DNA of 60,339 bases from the IMG/VR virus record IMGVR_UViG_3300042518_000658, positions 1-60,339 of that record; one strand, 5' to 3'. Shown one piece after another: positions 1-8,976 of the stretch. The position numbers and the translations under genes are program-made. This stretch comes from a virus. Taxonomy: Duplodnaviria > Caudoviricetes. Each line of letters opens with the position of its first letter. Position 1 is the first letter of the stretch. Under the pieces are notes generated by a model, which saw only the letters and a program-made list of their open reading frames with translations, had not been told where the DNA came from and searched no databases.

Positions 1-127
1 ACGACAGGATCAGGCACTTCTTCATCATCCACCAACCTTTCTTTGGTTACTCGAAAACTTGGGTCCAGAAAATGGCTCGTCCGCTATTGACGGCACCAAC
101 CCCGATGGTTGAGTACCGACCGTTCAG
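1..127. repeat. Terminal direct repeat (copy 1), circularisation/assembly overlap
   Basis: Bases 1-127 are identical to 60213-60339; 127 nt is a common assembler k-mer length, and the gene order reads continuously across the junction. Confidence 0.95.
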
Positions 128-481
128 GATGTTGGCTCTATGACCGCGACTGTTCATCCACGCTTGCATGACTTCTTGGGGAGTGTCTTGTCCATAGGCG
201 ACGTTCTCCCCGTAACCCATGCGGGAATGGTGCATCCGGCTTTTGGCTTGGACATGGCTCCAGTTGCGGGCATCGCTCATCATCTTGGGGTTTATCTTTA
301 ACGGCTGAAGGCCCCGGGAAGTTCTTTCTGCGTTGGTCAGCCGAACCACCTCAATCTCGAAGTCCGTCCCGATCCGGGGCGGGCACTGTGTCTTGCAGGG
401 GGCCGGAGGGACAACCTTGGTCCCGACCACCCAGAAGGCCCAAAGCAGGAGCAGGGCGGCAAGAACTTTGGCTCTTCCCAT
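47..481 (-). CDS. CAP/SCP (cysteine-rich secretory protein family) domain protein with N-terminal signal or anchor
   Basis: VVRLTNAER..GL.PL, GENVAYGQDTPQEVMQAWMNSRGHRANIL and IGVG..FWTQVF are canonical CAP motifs; hydrophobic N-terminus. Confidence 0.92.
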   Translation of the reverse strand: MGRAKVLAALLLLWAFWVVGTKVVPPAPCKTQCPPRIGTDFEIEVVRLTNAERTSRGLQPLKINPKMMSDARNWSHVQAKSRMHHSRMGYGENVAYGQDTPQEVMQAWMNSRGHRANILNGRYSTIGVGAVNSGRAIFWTQVFE

Positions 482-499
482 ACCTGCACGCTTTGGATG

Positions 500-793
500 C
501 TATTTGCCGAACAGGGCGTTCTGCTGGGGTGCTGGGACCGAAGCGGCCTCTCCGTACACGATGGCAATGACCAAGTCCTTGCAGAGTTTGGCCGCGACCG
601 TGTGACCTTCCTTGTCGAGTTTGTCCTTTAGGGTCAGCAACTCGACCGTCACCTGCTTCTGGAAGTCGCCCTTGGTGATAGTCGGGGACTGGTATCCGGT
701 CAGTGCCAGAAAAGCCTTAACGGCATACGGCCCTGCAAGAAGCAGGACCGCAGCCGCTAAGACGATGTTCTGGAGGGTCAGCCACTCGGGCAT
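500..793 (-). CDS. Small membrane protein (holin-like candidate)
   Basis: Start taken at MPEWLTL (ATG 793); hydrophobic stretch IVLAAAVLLLAGPYAVKAFLAL; lies directly after the capsid genes. Confidence 0.55.
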   Translation of the reverse strand: MPEWLTLQNIVLAAAVLLLAGPYAVKAFLALTGYQSPTITKGDFQKQVTVELLTLKDKLDKEGHTVAAKLCKDLVIAIVYGEAASVPAPQQNALFGK

Positions 794-803
794 GATCTTC
801 CCC

Positions 804-1304
804 TTAGGCGATGGCCGCCGAGTTGTAGTGGAGGCCAACCAACACGCGGGTCTTGTCATCCTCGGTCTCGGTCAGGGCGAAGCCGAGGCCCGTGCCACCG
901 GCAGCCTCACCACCGGCACCCACCGACACCGTATCGTCCGGCTGGAAGGCACCACCAAGAACGACGGTCGGGCCGGTCACGACGCCATAGAAGACATCGT
1001 CAACCTTCACGCCCGCAGCCGGAAGGTACTCGTCCACCACGGCGACGATGGGGTCACCAGCGGCAGCAAGGCCGATGGCTTCCTCCATGTTGCACTTGAC
1101 CAACTGCCCGGGGAGCAGGGGGTCGGTGTGGCGGTTACGGAGACACACCACCCGGACTTCCCGGTTGGAGTAGACCGTGCCGTCATGGGGATTGGCGTCG
1201 GTGAAGACCTTGACGGAACCGATGACGTTGTTGCCTTCGGTGACCGACTTGACCCCGAGGGTGCTGCCACGGCCAAACGGCGGATCAGAAGTCAGAACGC
1301 TCAT
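804..1304 (-). CDS. Probable capsid decoration/cement protein
   Basis: 166 aa, Gly/Ala/Val-rich beta-type sequence immediately downstream of the major capsid gene. Confidence 0.6.
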   Translation of the reverse strand: MSVLTSDPPFGRGSTLGVKSVTEGNNVIGSVKVFTDANPHDGTVYSNREVRVVCLRNRHTDPLLPGQLVKCNMEEAIGLAAAGDPIVAVVDEYLPAAGVKVDDVFYGVVTGPTVVLGGAFQPDDTVSVGAGGEAAGGTGLGFALTETEDDKTRVLVGLHYNSAAIA

Positions 1305-1339
1305 TGCAGTGCTTTCTGTTTAAGGGTTGTGGTTTAGGG

Positions 1340-2458
1340 TCAGGCGATGGCCTGCAACTTGAAGAAGTTACGCGGCGAACGGAACTTAAGGTTGGCCAAC
1401 ACGGAAACGACATACCTATAGGACTGTAGGTCCTCGTTGTAGAACGGCCCCTCGGCTGTCATCAGGCTTCCCTCCATGCAACGGAGTTCCATGTTCTGGA
1501 TGGAGAGCCCATAACCGCAGCCAGCGGGCACTGCATATTCCGTCGAGATTTCAACGCCGTCCTGCTCGAAGACATCGTTGAAGCCGTAAGACTTCAGGCC
1601 ATTGGTCCGGGTTACGATGGCCCGTTCCTTGGAGTCGAGTTTGTTCAGGTACTCGATGAACATCTTCCGGTCGAGGATGACCATGTCGATCTGGCTCTCG
1701 CGTGTGTCATTACGCTTGGCCTGATGGATGCCCTCTCGGGTCGCCACGACGCAGTTGTCAGCCCAAGTAGGGGTGTTGCCACCCTTGAAGTAGGTTGACG
1801 TATAGTTCACTACAATCGGGCTATAGAAGTCATACTCAGGATCGGCCACGCCATTCGGCCATACGCCTTCCAACTGGGAACCGGCAATGGCACCGAGTCC
1901 AGTGTTGATGTTGGCGTAGACATCGGCGGGCCAGCCAAACGGGTCTTCGGCGTTGGCGGTACGCTTGGTGCCGTCATTGATGTTGATGGTCCCATCAATG
2001 GCCATGAAACTCTCGATGCCGTGGAACCGCAGTTCGTTCCCGGCCTTTGCCCCGTCGATCCAGACTTCCTTGGCGAGGTGCTGCTCCATCGACTCCTGAA
2101 GGCGGCTGGCCATCTTGCCAGCGACATTGATAAGGGCCTGCTGGCCACGGTTCTCCAGCATCTCCTTCTTATAGATGCTATCCGTCACCTGATAGCCACG
2201 ATAAGGAAGTTCTGCGTTGACCCACAGGTTCTGCCTAGCGAAAACACGCGGCGTCTCGCCATTGTTTCCGGTCACGGGCTGATTTCTATACCTGACTTCC
2301 CACTGAAGGCCCCGGCCTCCTTGGTTCATAACCACGTTGCCCGACCCTTCAAGGGCCGAGAACACCTTAAACTTGCGGAAGGTGGTTAACTCTTCCTCCT
2401 TAAGGTAGTTGATAATGGTCGTGCCAATGGAACGAGCCCAGTCAGTCGAAGACGGCAT
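1340..2458 (-). CDS. Major capsid protein (HK97-like fold)
   Basis: 372 aa; follows the scaffold-like gene; strong RBS (AAAGGA) and biased codons; capsid-like segments such as MEQHLAKEVWIDG..ELRFHGI and ANLKFRSPRNFFKL. Confidence 0.82.
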   Translation of the reverse strand: MPSSTDWARSIGTTIINYLKEEELTTFRKFKVFSALEGSGNVVMNQGGRGLQWEVRYRNQPVTGNNGETPRVFARQNLWVNAELPYRGYQVTDSIYKKEMLENRGQQALINVAGKMASRLQESMEQHLAKEVWIDGAKAGNELRFHGIESFMAIDGTININDGTKRTANAEDPFGWPADVYANINTGLGAIAGSQLEGVWPNGVADPEYDFYSPIVVNYTSTYFKGGNTPTWADNCVVATREGIHQAKRNDTRESQIDMVILDRKMFIEYLNKLDSKERAIVTRTNGLKSYGFNDVFEQDGVEISTEYAVPAGCGYGLSIQNMELRCMEGSLMTAEGPFYNEDLQSYRYVVSVLANLKFRSPRNFFKLQAIA

Positions 2459-2471
2459 GATGTCTATCCTT

Positions 2472-3593
2472 TCAGATTAAGCCTCGGGAACCTGCGTCTT
2501 CCCTTAGCATTTGTTCAAAGGTCATCTTGGGCTTGCTGGCCCGGTTATCGGTCGATGCTGACCCGGCTGATCGGCTGGGATTTCTCGCAGCCTCTCGGCG
2601 TAGGTACTCCATGTTTTGCTTGGCCAAATCCTGCTGCGGCGGTTGCGGTTGTGGGGCAGGCCGGGCCGGTTGTGGGGCGGCGACCTGCTGATCCATGAAC
2701 TGCCTAGCCGATTGCTGAATCTGGTTGGTGTAAGCAGATTGCTGGTCATCAAAGGCCTTCGCCAGCATTTCCCTTTCGGTCATTGCTATGGCGTAGTCCC
2801 ATCGGGCTTGCGGCCCGCTGATGCCTCGCTCTCTGGCTTCTTCGATGTACTTATGTACCAACAACCCCTCGGGTGTGACATTTCCTGTCTGCTTGTCAAA
2901 AAGCCAGTCCCGGTTCTGCTCCTCGATGCTGCTGACAAACTGCTCGTTTTCCTGCTTCTGGAACCGTTCTTGGATAATCTGCTCGGCCTGCTTTGCGGCT
3001 AGGTCCTGTACCATCGGTCCAAGGGCTTGCTCTGGGTTTTCCAGAAACTTCTTGGCGAAGTCAGCCTTGTACTGCTGGTATTCGTAGAGTTCTTCCCGGG
3101 CCGTAATTGGGGCATTGGGGTCAATGACCTCCCGCCCGTCCTCGTCCTTAATCAAATACCGCTTGGACGAGTCGCGGACCTGAGGGGGATTCCACCAAGC
3201 CTTGGCCTGCGGCTGGGCCTGCTGGAGTTGCTGGGCCTGCTGCACCTGCGGGCTGGACTGGGACTGCCGCCATGCCTCGAACTCACGGCGGTTCGACAGG
3301 TACTCCTGAGCGTAGGGGAGGACCTGCTGGTACTGGGCAAGTGCCTTGGAGGCGGCCTTTTCCCGCTCCATGGCGTTGTACAACCGGGACGCGATTGCCC
3401 GGTCATCCTGCCCCTGAAAGTCAGGCAGCCGCTTAAAAGCATCCCACGGCGTCTGCAACTGACTGGGCGAGGAGGGCTGCTGACTATCACCACCTCCGAG
3501 CGGAGGAGCAGAAGATTCCGCTGATGTTACCGGGGATTCCTGCGGCTCCGGGCCAGCGTCACCAATCGAAGACTCGACAATATCGTCGCTCAT
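2472..3593 (-). CDS. Capsid scaffolding protein
   Basis: Acidic disordered N-terminus, Q/A-rich coiled coil, short C-terminal helix (KMTFEQMLRE); directly upstream of the capsid gene; AGGAGGAG RBS. Confidence 0.7.
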   Translation of the reverse strand: MSDDIVESSIGDAGPEPQESPVTSAESSAPPLGGGDSQQPSSPSQLQTPWDAFKRLPDFQGQDDRAIASRLYNAMEREKAASKALAQYQQVLPYAQEYLSNRREFEAWRQSQSSPQVQQAQQLQQAQPQAKAWWNPPQVRDSSKRYLIKDEDGREVIDPNAPITAREELYEYQQYKADFAKKFLENPEQALGPMVQDLAAKQAEQIIQERFQKQENEQFVSSIEEQNRDWLFDKQTGNVTPEGLLVHKYIEEARERGISGPQARWDYAIAMTEREMLAKAFDDQQSAYTNQIQQSARQFMDQQVAAPQPARPAPQPQPPQQDLAKQNMEYLRREAARNPSRSAGSASTDNRASKPKMTFEQMLREDAGSRGLI

Positions 3594-3661
3594 AACTCCT
3601 CCTAGAGAAATGGACCTCTAGGCTGAGTCTTGGATCGCGGGACAACTCTGGCAATGGGCAT

Positions 3662-5017
3662 TCACCAGCCGGTCACTGGGAGGTTGCCCATGTCATCGTG
3701 TTTTACAGCCGGGGCAGACTTCTGGAGGTTGTCTAATTCATGGAGGGCAACGACACGCTTCCGTGCCAGTGCCTGTCGCTCCTGCTCCCACTGCTCTTGG
3801 GTTTGATCTGGAAGTTCAGGCCTGTGGCCGGGCGTGAACAAGTTCCACCCCCACGGAACGCCAGAGCCGCCCTTGACCTCGGCTGCCCCCACCGTTGCTC
3901 CACCAAGGGCAACCATGGGAACCGTTTCGGAGGCTGCTTCTCCAGCGACATGGCCAATAGCCTTGGAGGCAGGGGTCACTGGAGCCCTTAGTCCCTTGGC
4001 TGCGGCCTTGGCTGCGGCCTCGGCATATGCCTTGGCTGCGTTCTTGCTTAGGGCCTTGGCCACGTTCTTGCCCACCCCCAACCCGGTAAAAGGTGTAGTG
4101 AAGTCAAGAAGGTTCTGGCCGAGCCACATGAGCGTGCTGCCTCCGTAGGACGGGTATTGCCCGTTCTCGCGTCGGTATGACTGGTCATAGGCAGAGCGGT
4201 CTGCCGGGGCAGGAGCGGCGTCGGTCAGGGCTTGCCGCAGTTCCTTGAGTTTTGCCTCTTTTTCCTCGGGAGTTTGCGGGTTTCCCGGCAAGACGGGGTC
4301 GTAGTCGTTGGCCCAGTTCTTGAGTTGCCTGTGCTTGTTGGCGTCGGTCGCGTAGTTGCTGTGGCCGTTCCAAGCCCCGTAGTCAATGGCTTCCGTGACT
4401 GGGTCAAACAGGTTGTTGATTAGCCAGCCAAACGGGTTCTCGTCGCTCTGCATCATCCGGTCGTTGTCCATGTGGGCGTGCTTGGACGCCCGCCGCTCAT
4501 TCCACTGCTGGGCGGCCCCGGCGAGGTGCTGATCTGCCGTGGTGCCGGTCCATGGGGCCGGGTACTTCGGCGGCTTCCCCGGCTCGGGCGGCTTCTGGGA
4601 ATCAATCAGGGTGTTCAGGAAATCCCTGTTCACGCTCCAGTCATACGCCTGCTTGCCCCCTCGGCTCAGGAGGCGGTGATGATGGTAAACCCCCTTTGCA
4701 TTAAGTTCGTCCAGTTCCTTCTGGGTCCAGCCGCGACCCTCGAAGCCCTCCCACTGTTTTGCCCGGAGTGCTGGCAGCCCCTCGTCAACGTCCGGCGTAT
4801 CCGGGTTGTCGGTGATGTCGGGGTACTTCTGCTGCACCTCTGTGATTGATAGGTCCGGGTTGCCGGTGTCCATCAGCAACTGCATCAGGGCCGTGTGCTG
4901 CGGGCTGCCGGACAGAACGCCCTTGGCCACCTCGGACGGCTCCAGCCCGGTCATCCCGGCCCGGCCCATCTCCTCCGCAACGATCTTGGCTAGGACCTCT
5001 TCGTGTTGGCTAGGCAT
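3662..5017 (-). CDS. Hypothetical protein (possible virion-internal protein)
   Basis: 451-aa ORF overlapping the end of the upstream gene; Ala/Gly-rich C-terminal helices. Confidence 0.6.
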   Translation of the reverse strand: MPSQHEEVLAKIVAEEMGRAGMTGLEPSEVAKGVLSGSPQHTALMQLLMDTGNPDLSITEVQQKYPDITDNPDTPDVDEGLPALRAKQWEGFEGRGWTQKELDELNAKGVYHHHRLLSRGGKQAYDWSVNRDFLNTLIDSQKPPEPGKPPKYPAPWTGTTADQHLAGAAQQWNERRASKHAHMDNDRMMQSDENPFGWLINNLFDPVTEAIDYGAWNGHSNYATDANKHRQLKNWANDYDPVLPGNPQTPEEKEAKLKELRQALTDAAPAPADRSAYDQSYRRENGQYPSYGGSTLMWLGQNLLDFTTPFTGLGVGKNVAKALSKNAAKAYAEAAAKAAAKGLRAPVTPASKAIGHVAGEAASETVPMVALGGATVGAAEVKGGSGVPWGWNLFTPGHRPELPDQTQEQWEQERQALARKRVVALHELDNLQKSAPAVKHDDMGNLPVTGW

Positions 5018-6140
5018 GAGATGTGTCCCGCTGCTTCCTTGCGTCCCCTAGGTTAATCCAAAGGCCGCTGTCTTTGTTTAGGATTTGCTTCTGGGTCTTG
5101 GAGTCCGTGTTGTTGTAGATGTGATAAATGGACCGATGGAGGTCGTTCCAAAAATCTAACTCTTGCCCTGACATTGGGACATCACCCTTCAGCACCGGAT
5201 TAGCGGCCCTGTATGAAGGCGGCCGCTTCATCATGCGATGAAACAGGTCCACTTCGTCGCCAATCGTCTTGGGTTTTTTAATGCCAAGGACGTAGGGAGA
5301 GAGGTACTTAAAGATGGCCAAGTCCGGCAGGAACTCTGTAGTTGAGTCCCCATACCGATCTATGTGGTGAAATGTATTCAGGGCCTCGCGGCTTGGGGAT
5401 ACGTCCTTAAACCCAGTGGTCGGGTCTTGGAACTTGTCCATGCCCCCGGTTTTCTTGGCGTGATTCGTCGCTTCGGTCAGGGCGTCATAGAGCCGCAGCG
5501 AAGATGTCTGCTTGGCGTGGTCCGCTGGCCACTGGCTTTGGTGCAGCGGGGCATGGGTGGGAGTGAGTGCCGCGTGGGCTCGCTCATGGATTTTCGTGTA
5601 ATCACTGCCGTTGGCGAAAAAGAGATGGTCCGAGCCCGGGTGGTAGTAACCCAGCCTGCCGCCGAGTTGTGTGTTGTATTCGTTTAGGGGTGATTGGATA
5701 ACCGTGACGGGCCGGTGCAACTGCTCCTCCATGGTCGGGAAGCCACGGCGGATGTCGAACGGACCCTGTCTGGTAGCCAAAGGCCCCTTGTTTGGGTTTC
5801 TGGCCACGATGTTGTCGATGATTTGCTTTCCGTCTTTGTCCCCTACCAGCCCCTGAAAGAACTCATGGACCCGCTGTTTGGCGATGGTGGCCGCCGATAA
5901 AGTCTGGGGTCCGCTACTCCCGGGCATGATGATGTCCCGGTCAGCGATGTATGCGGGCGGGTCATTGGAGACCGGGGTGCCCTTGGCCGACTTGCTGTAG
6001 GCCTCGTCCAGCAAAGCCCTCAGGGGACTGGTGGCATCCCGTGTGGACTGGCCAGCCTTCACTGCGGCGTTGGCAGCGTTTATCCCCGCATCAAGGTCCA
6101 GCGGGGGCGGCCTTTTGACGATCTTCGGCAACTGCCCCAT
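5010..6140 (-). CDS. Hypothetical protein with zincin-like HExxH motif
   Basis: 376 aa; LGYYHPGSDHLFF...TKIHERAHAA resembles the beta-hairpin plus HExxH of zinc metallopeptidases. Confidence 0.55.
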   Translation of the reverse strand: MGQLPKIVKRPPPLDLDAGINAANAAVKAGQSTRDATSPLRALLDEAYSKSAKGTPVSNDPPAYIADRDIIMPGSSGPQTLSAATIAKQRVHEFFQGLVGDKDGKQIIDNIVARNPNKGPLATRQGPFDIRRGFPTMEEQLHRPVTVIQSPLNEYNTQLGGRLGYYHPGSDHLFFANGSDYTKIHERAHAALTPTHAPLHQSQWPADHAKQTSSLRLYDALTEATNHAKKTGGMDKFQDPTTGFKDVSPSREALNTFHHIDRYGDSTTEFLPDLAIFKYLSPYVLGIKKPKTIGDEVDLFHRMMKRPPSYRAANPVLKGDVPMSGQELDFWNDLHRSIYHIYNNTDSKTQKQILNKDSGLWINLGDARKQRDTSHA

Positions 6141-6143
6141 GGC

Positions 6144-6494
6144 TCACCCCCTGCCGTTGTACTGGCCGACATACGGAAGCGGCTTCGGCTGGGGCTTGGC
6201 GTGATAGGAGACCTCCCCGCTAAACGGATTGGTCTGGGGTTGCAGGCCCAAGTCCTTGGTCAGGTCTTGGTTCACCATGGACGGCGGGGCAACCTGATCC
6301 ATGAAGTTCTGGGTCGGGTACTGGGCCTCCGGGTAGAAGCCCTCCTCGATCCCGATGGGCCGCCGCATATCCACTTGGGCCGCAGCCTGCCGGTGGCCTT
6401 CAGGCAGCCGGGTCATCGGGAAGCCTTCCGGTTCCCTCATCGGCGGCTGCATCGGTCTCTTGCTCAGGCTCAGTGTCCGAATCAGTTCGCTCAT
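6144..6494 (-). CDS. Hypothetical Pro/Gln-rich protein
   Basis: Start at MSELIRTL with a GAGGGGG RBS; ends 3 nt before the next gene start. Confidence 0.55.
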   Translation of the reverse strand: MSELIRTLSLSKRPMQPPMREPEGFPMTRLPEGHRQAAAQVDMRRPIGIEEGFYPEAQYPTQNFMDQVAPPSMVNQDLTKDLGLQPQTNPFSGEVSYHAKPQPKPLPYVGQYNGRG

Positions 6495-6597
6495 GGAACA
6501 CCCCCTCAAAGATTTTCAGCGACAATCCGGCCAGTGCCGCCAAAACATTGGCAACAGCGATCCCTGTAGCCACTAGGGCTAGGGCATACAGAAACAC
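6400..6597 (-). CDS. Possible small single-pass membrane protein
   Basis: GTG start gives MFLYALALVATGIAVANVLAALAGLSLK plus an acidic tail; lies just downstream of the promoter motif at 6632-6661 and overlaps the next gene. Confidence 0.35.
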   Translation of the reverse strand: MFLYALALVATGIAVANVLAALAGLSLKIFEGVFHERTDSDTEPEQETDAAADEGTGRLPDDPAA

Positions 6598-6631
6598 ATC
6601 AGCCTGACCGGATGGGCACGCCATACGGGGG

Positions 6632-6661
6632 TTTATGTCCCGAAAACCGTCCTTCGGGCCA
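6632..6661 (-). promoter_or_regulatory. Putative phage-sigma (late) promoter TGGCCCG-N15-GACATAAA
   Basis: One of four minus-strand copies of TGVCYCG-N15/16-GACATAAA, each just upstream of a gene start. Confidence 0.65.
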
Positions 6662-6842
6662 TCCTGCTCGAACACATCGGCAAACCCGTAGTTCAGCCGA
6701 GCCGGTCAAGCAGGGCACGAAGGGTAGCCTGCAAGGCGCGTGTCTCTGCCGGGCTGGAGGCCAGTTCGTCTGCCAGCCGGTCGTAGACGTTGATGACATC
6801 ACCTATTGCCGCTCACCCGATCCAGTAGTCACAAGCCACACA

Positions 6843-7076
6843 CTAGCCATAAAGCCCCCCTAGCCCTTCAAGCAACGAAGACAAGGTATCCGTTGCGTCT
6901 ACCTGTTCCGGTTTAGCCTTTGAGGTTGCCTTGTTACCTTGCTTCCGGGCTCGGTATTTCCTCATGTTGGCAGCCACCCGTGCATTTCGGGCAGCCAGTT
7001 TCTCAGGGTCCTGCTTCAGCCGCTCGTAGTAGGCCTTGGAGTGAGCCCGTGACTGGAGGCGTGCGTCTAGGTCCAT
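6843..7076 (-). CDS. Small basic helical protein (possible nucleic-acid binding)
   Basis: MDLDARLQSRAHSKAYYERLKQDPEKLAARNARVAANMRKYRARK; GAGGGA RBS. Confidence 0.6.
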   Translation of the reverse strand: MDLDARLQSRAHSKAYYERLKQDPEKLAARNARVAANMRKYRARKQGNKATSKAKPEQVDATDTLSSLLEGLGGLYG

Positions 7077-7136
7077 GGGTCCCTCGGTGTGGTTCCTTGG
7101 ATGGTCACGCCCCATCGTCACATTGGTCAATGGGCA

Positions 7137-7506
7137 GTTATCTCAGGTTTCAAGACTTAGGAAAACTTCAGGAGGGGTACGTTATATAGACATCGAGTCT
7201 CGCGGGGGGGCGGGGCTTTCTCTTAGAAAGCCACACGCAAGCAACTAGCCGCGTATACCTTGTGACATACCGCGACGTTCACTATGCCGCTTCCCTAAGG
7301 CAAGAGCCTTAGGATTGGCTGACAACCCCCCAAATCCCCTCCCTAAAGCCCTTAAGGGCTTTCAGCCTATCCCCGGTCGGTCTGGGAGAGTCTGGCCTGT
7401 AAAGCCCTGTAAGGGGCTTTAATGTCACAGTCGATCCAAGCCCCTCGCGGGAAGATTCTTACTCGCCCACCCGTATGCCCGTAAAGACTCCTTACTCGCG
7501 GGCAGG
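7137..7506. promoter_or_regulatory. Divergent non-coding control region rich in palindromes
   Basis: Strand switch point. Inverted repeats at 7214-7232, 7294-7313, 7345-7362 (perfect 18-bp palindrome) and 7400-7421; direct repeat CTTACTCGC occurs twice. Confidence 0.6.
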
Positions 7507-7549
7507 GTCCCCGTAGGGGACAGCGGCGTTTGGTCAGTGTCGCCGGTCG
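7507..7549 (+). promoter_or_regulatory. Early hairpin-box element, copy 1
   Basis: GTCCCC-GTA-GGGGAC hairpin followed by AGCGGCGTTTGGTCAGTGTCGCCGGTCG. Confidence 0.65.
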
Positions 7550-7582
7550 GATCACCGGGACAGTCCCCCGGAGTCCTTGCCC

Positions 7583-7810
7583 ATGACGTTCACGAACTAC
7601 GAGACCGGGTTTGCCTACGAAGATTTCTTCAGGCTCGACCCGGATGATGCCCAAGCCGAGGGTTACCAGTGGGCAAGGACTCTGGCCGACATCGAGAACG
7701 AGTTGGATTGCGTGGCGGCAGCCCGTAGGGCTGGGTACGACTCCCTCGATGAGTTCTTGGACTCGGAGGGCGATCCCCTTCCCCCTATCGGGGAAGTCGA
7801 GTTGTTCTAG
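7583..7810 (+). CDS. Small highly acidic early protein
   Basis: 75 aa, D/E-rich; GGAG RBS; followed by a terminator. Confidence 0.7.
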   Translation: MTFTNYETGFAYEDFFRLDPDDAQAEGYQWARTLADIENELDCVAAARRAGYDSLDEFLDSEGDPLPPIGEVELF

Positions 7811-7818
7811 TCCCCATA

Positions 7819-7858
7819 GCCGAGGTCAGTCCCTAACGGGATTGGCCTCGGTTTTTTT
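7819..7858 (+). terminator. Rho-independent terminator (UAAC loop)
   Basis: GCCGAGGTCAGTCCC-TAAC-GGGATTGGCCTCGG followed by T7. Confidence 0.85.
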
Positions 7859-7898
7859 GTCGGCTCACAAGGTTTCTCCCGTGAGCAGGCCCGCGTTG

Positions 7899-7941
7899 GC
7901 TGCCGTAGGCAGCAGCGGCGTTCGTTCAGTGTCGCCGGTCG
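7899..7941 (+). promoter_or_regulatory. Early hairpin-box element, copy 2
   Basis: GCTGCC-GTA-GGCAGC hairpin followed by AGCGGCGTTCGTTCAGTGTCGCCGGTCG (26/28 identical to the copy 1 box). Confidence 0.65.
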
Positions 7942-7987
7942 CTGTTGGCCGGTGCAGGATTCTTCCCCTCCACACAGGAGCGTTCCC

Positions 7988-8293
7988 ATGTCGTTCGACC
8001 CCACCAAGTTCTCCAAGACCTCGCTCAAGACCATGCTGGAGAGCGAAGCCTTCAAGGCCCACCATGAGGCCATCAAGGCCTTCCTGAGCCCGAAGCCCAA
8101 GGACATGACCCCGGTGGAGGGGAAGATCAACTGGCGGGCCAAGTCCTCCTCCATGTCCACGACGGTGTACCCCAAGGGGTACGTCCGGCTGGAGGCTAAC
8201 TCCGGCAATGGCTGCCTCTACAAAGAGGCAGCGGAGGAGATGATCCAGCACCTCATGGAAATCCTCCCCTCGCTCAAGTCTTACAAGTCTTGA
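7988..8293 (+). CDS. Early hypothetical protein, paralogous to 9706-10152
   Basis: CACAGGAG RBS; strongly biased codons; motif STTVYPKGY...NGCLYKEA. Confidence 0.75.
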   Translation: MSFDPTKFSKTSLKTMLESEAFKAHHEAIKAFLSPKPKDMTPVEGKINWRAKSSSMSTTVYPKGYVRLEANSGNGCLYKEAAEEMIQHLMEILPSLKSYKS

Positions 8294-8306
8294 GCCCTCC
8301 CCCACG

Positions 8307-8354
8307 AAGCCCCCTTGGTTCTGGCCCTAACGGGTTGGGCCAAGGGGGTTTTTT
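8307..8354 (+). terminator. Rho-independent terminator (UAAC loop)
   Basis: CCCCTTGGTTCTGGCCC-TAAC-GGGTTGGGCCAAGGGG followed by a T-tract. Confidence 0.85.
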
Positions 8355-8394
8355 CGTGTCGCTTCAAGTTCTTTTCACACAGGGGAGACTGGCC

Positions 8395-8613
8395 ATGAAA
8401 ACTTCTTCTTTCCACGCCGCCGTGGGCAATCTTGTGAGCAAGGTGTCGGGCCGCAGGCCCGAGGACGTTGACCCTGATTTCAACGTCGAAGCCTACTTTG
8501 ACCCCGATGCGGTCAAGGATTCTGCCCTTGCGGCGGCTGCGGACCTGCTGGCCGAGAACGGTTATCTTGACACTTCGGAGCCGGTCGAAGCCCTGCTGGA
8601 AGTCTTGGGCTAG
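8395..8613 (+). CDS. Small early hypothetical protein
   Basis: ATG with GGGGAG RBS; bracketed by terminators. Confidence 0.65.
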   Translation: MKTSSFHAAVGNLVSKVSGRRPEDVDPDFNVEAYFDPDAVKDSALAAAADLLAENGYLDTSEPVEALLEVLG

Positions 8614-8622
8614 TCCCCCTTG

Positions 8623-8662
8623 CCCCGGTCAGTCTCACCTTGAGGCTGGCCGGGGATTTTTT
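8623..8662 (+). terminator. Rho-independent terminator
   Basis: CCCCGGTCAGTCTCA-CCT-TGAGGCTGGCCGGGG followed by ATTTTTT. Confidence 0.8.
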
Positions 8663-8775
8663 GGCGGCGAAGATGTTTCCCTCAGGGCTTAGGCCTAAGT
8701 CTTGAGGGCTAAGTCTTACATGGAAGCAGCCAAGGGTTTTTGTTGTCCCTGCACCCCAAGTCAGGAGGTCAAAAA

Positions 8776-8976
8776 ATGATCGGTGACCGTGTTCAGGAAT
8801 TGGAGGAGTCAAACCTTGCCCTCAGGAGGTCACTGACTGCTGCTTGTGACCGGGCCGTGGCAGCCAAGAACGAGGCTGACCGGTACAAGAAACTCTATGA
8901 GTCAGCGACCAAGCGGAAGCAGGAGTTGTTCCTTGGCCTGATTGCGGCCAAGAGGGCTCTTGAGGAGGTTGCATGA
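8776..8976 (+). CDS. Small coiled-coil protein
   Basis: Perfect AGGAGGT RBS; heptad-like sequence. Confidence 0.7.
   Translation: MIGDRVQELEESNLALRRSLTAACDRAVAAKNEADRYKKLYESATKRKQELFLGLIAAKRALEEVA

Noticed and set aside
1-127. 127-bp terminal repeat as a biological direct terminal repeat
   Set aside because: The length equals a standard assembler k-mer and it cuts through two genes, so it indicates circular assembly rather than physical ends.
7537-7547. GTGTCGCCGGT shared between the early box and the tRNA fragment, suggesting tRNA mimicry
   Set aside because: An 11-nt GC-rich match can arise by chance, and the early copies have no T-loop or cloverleaf.
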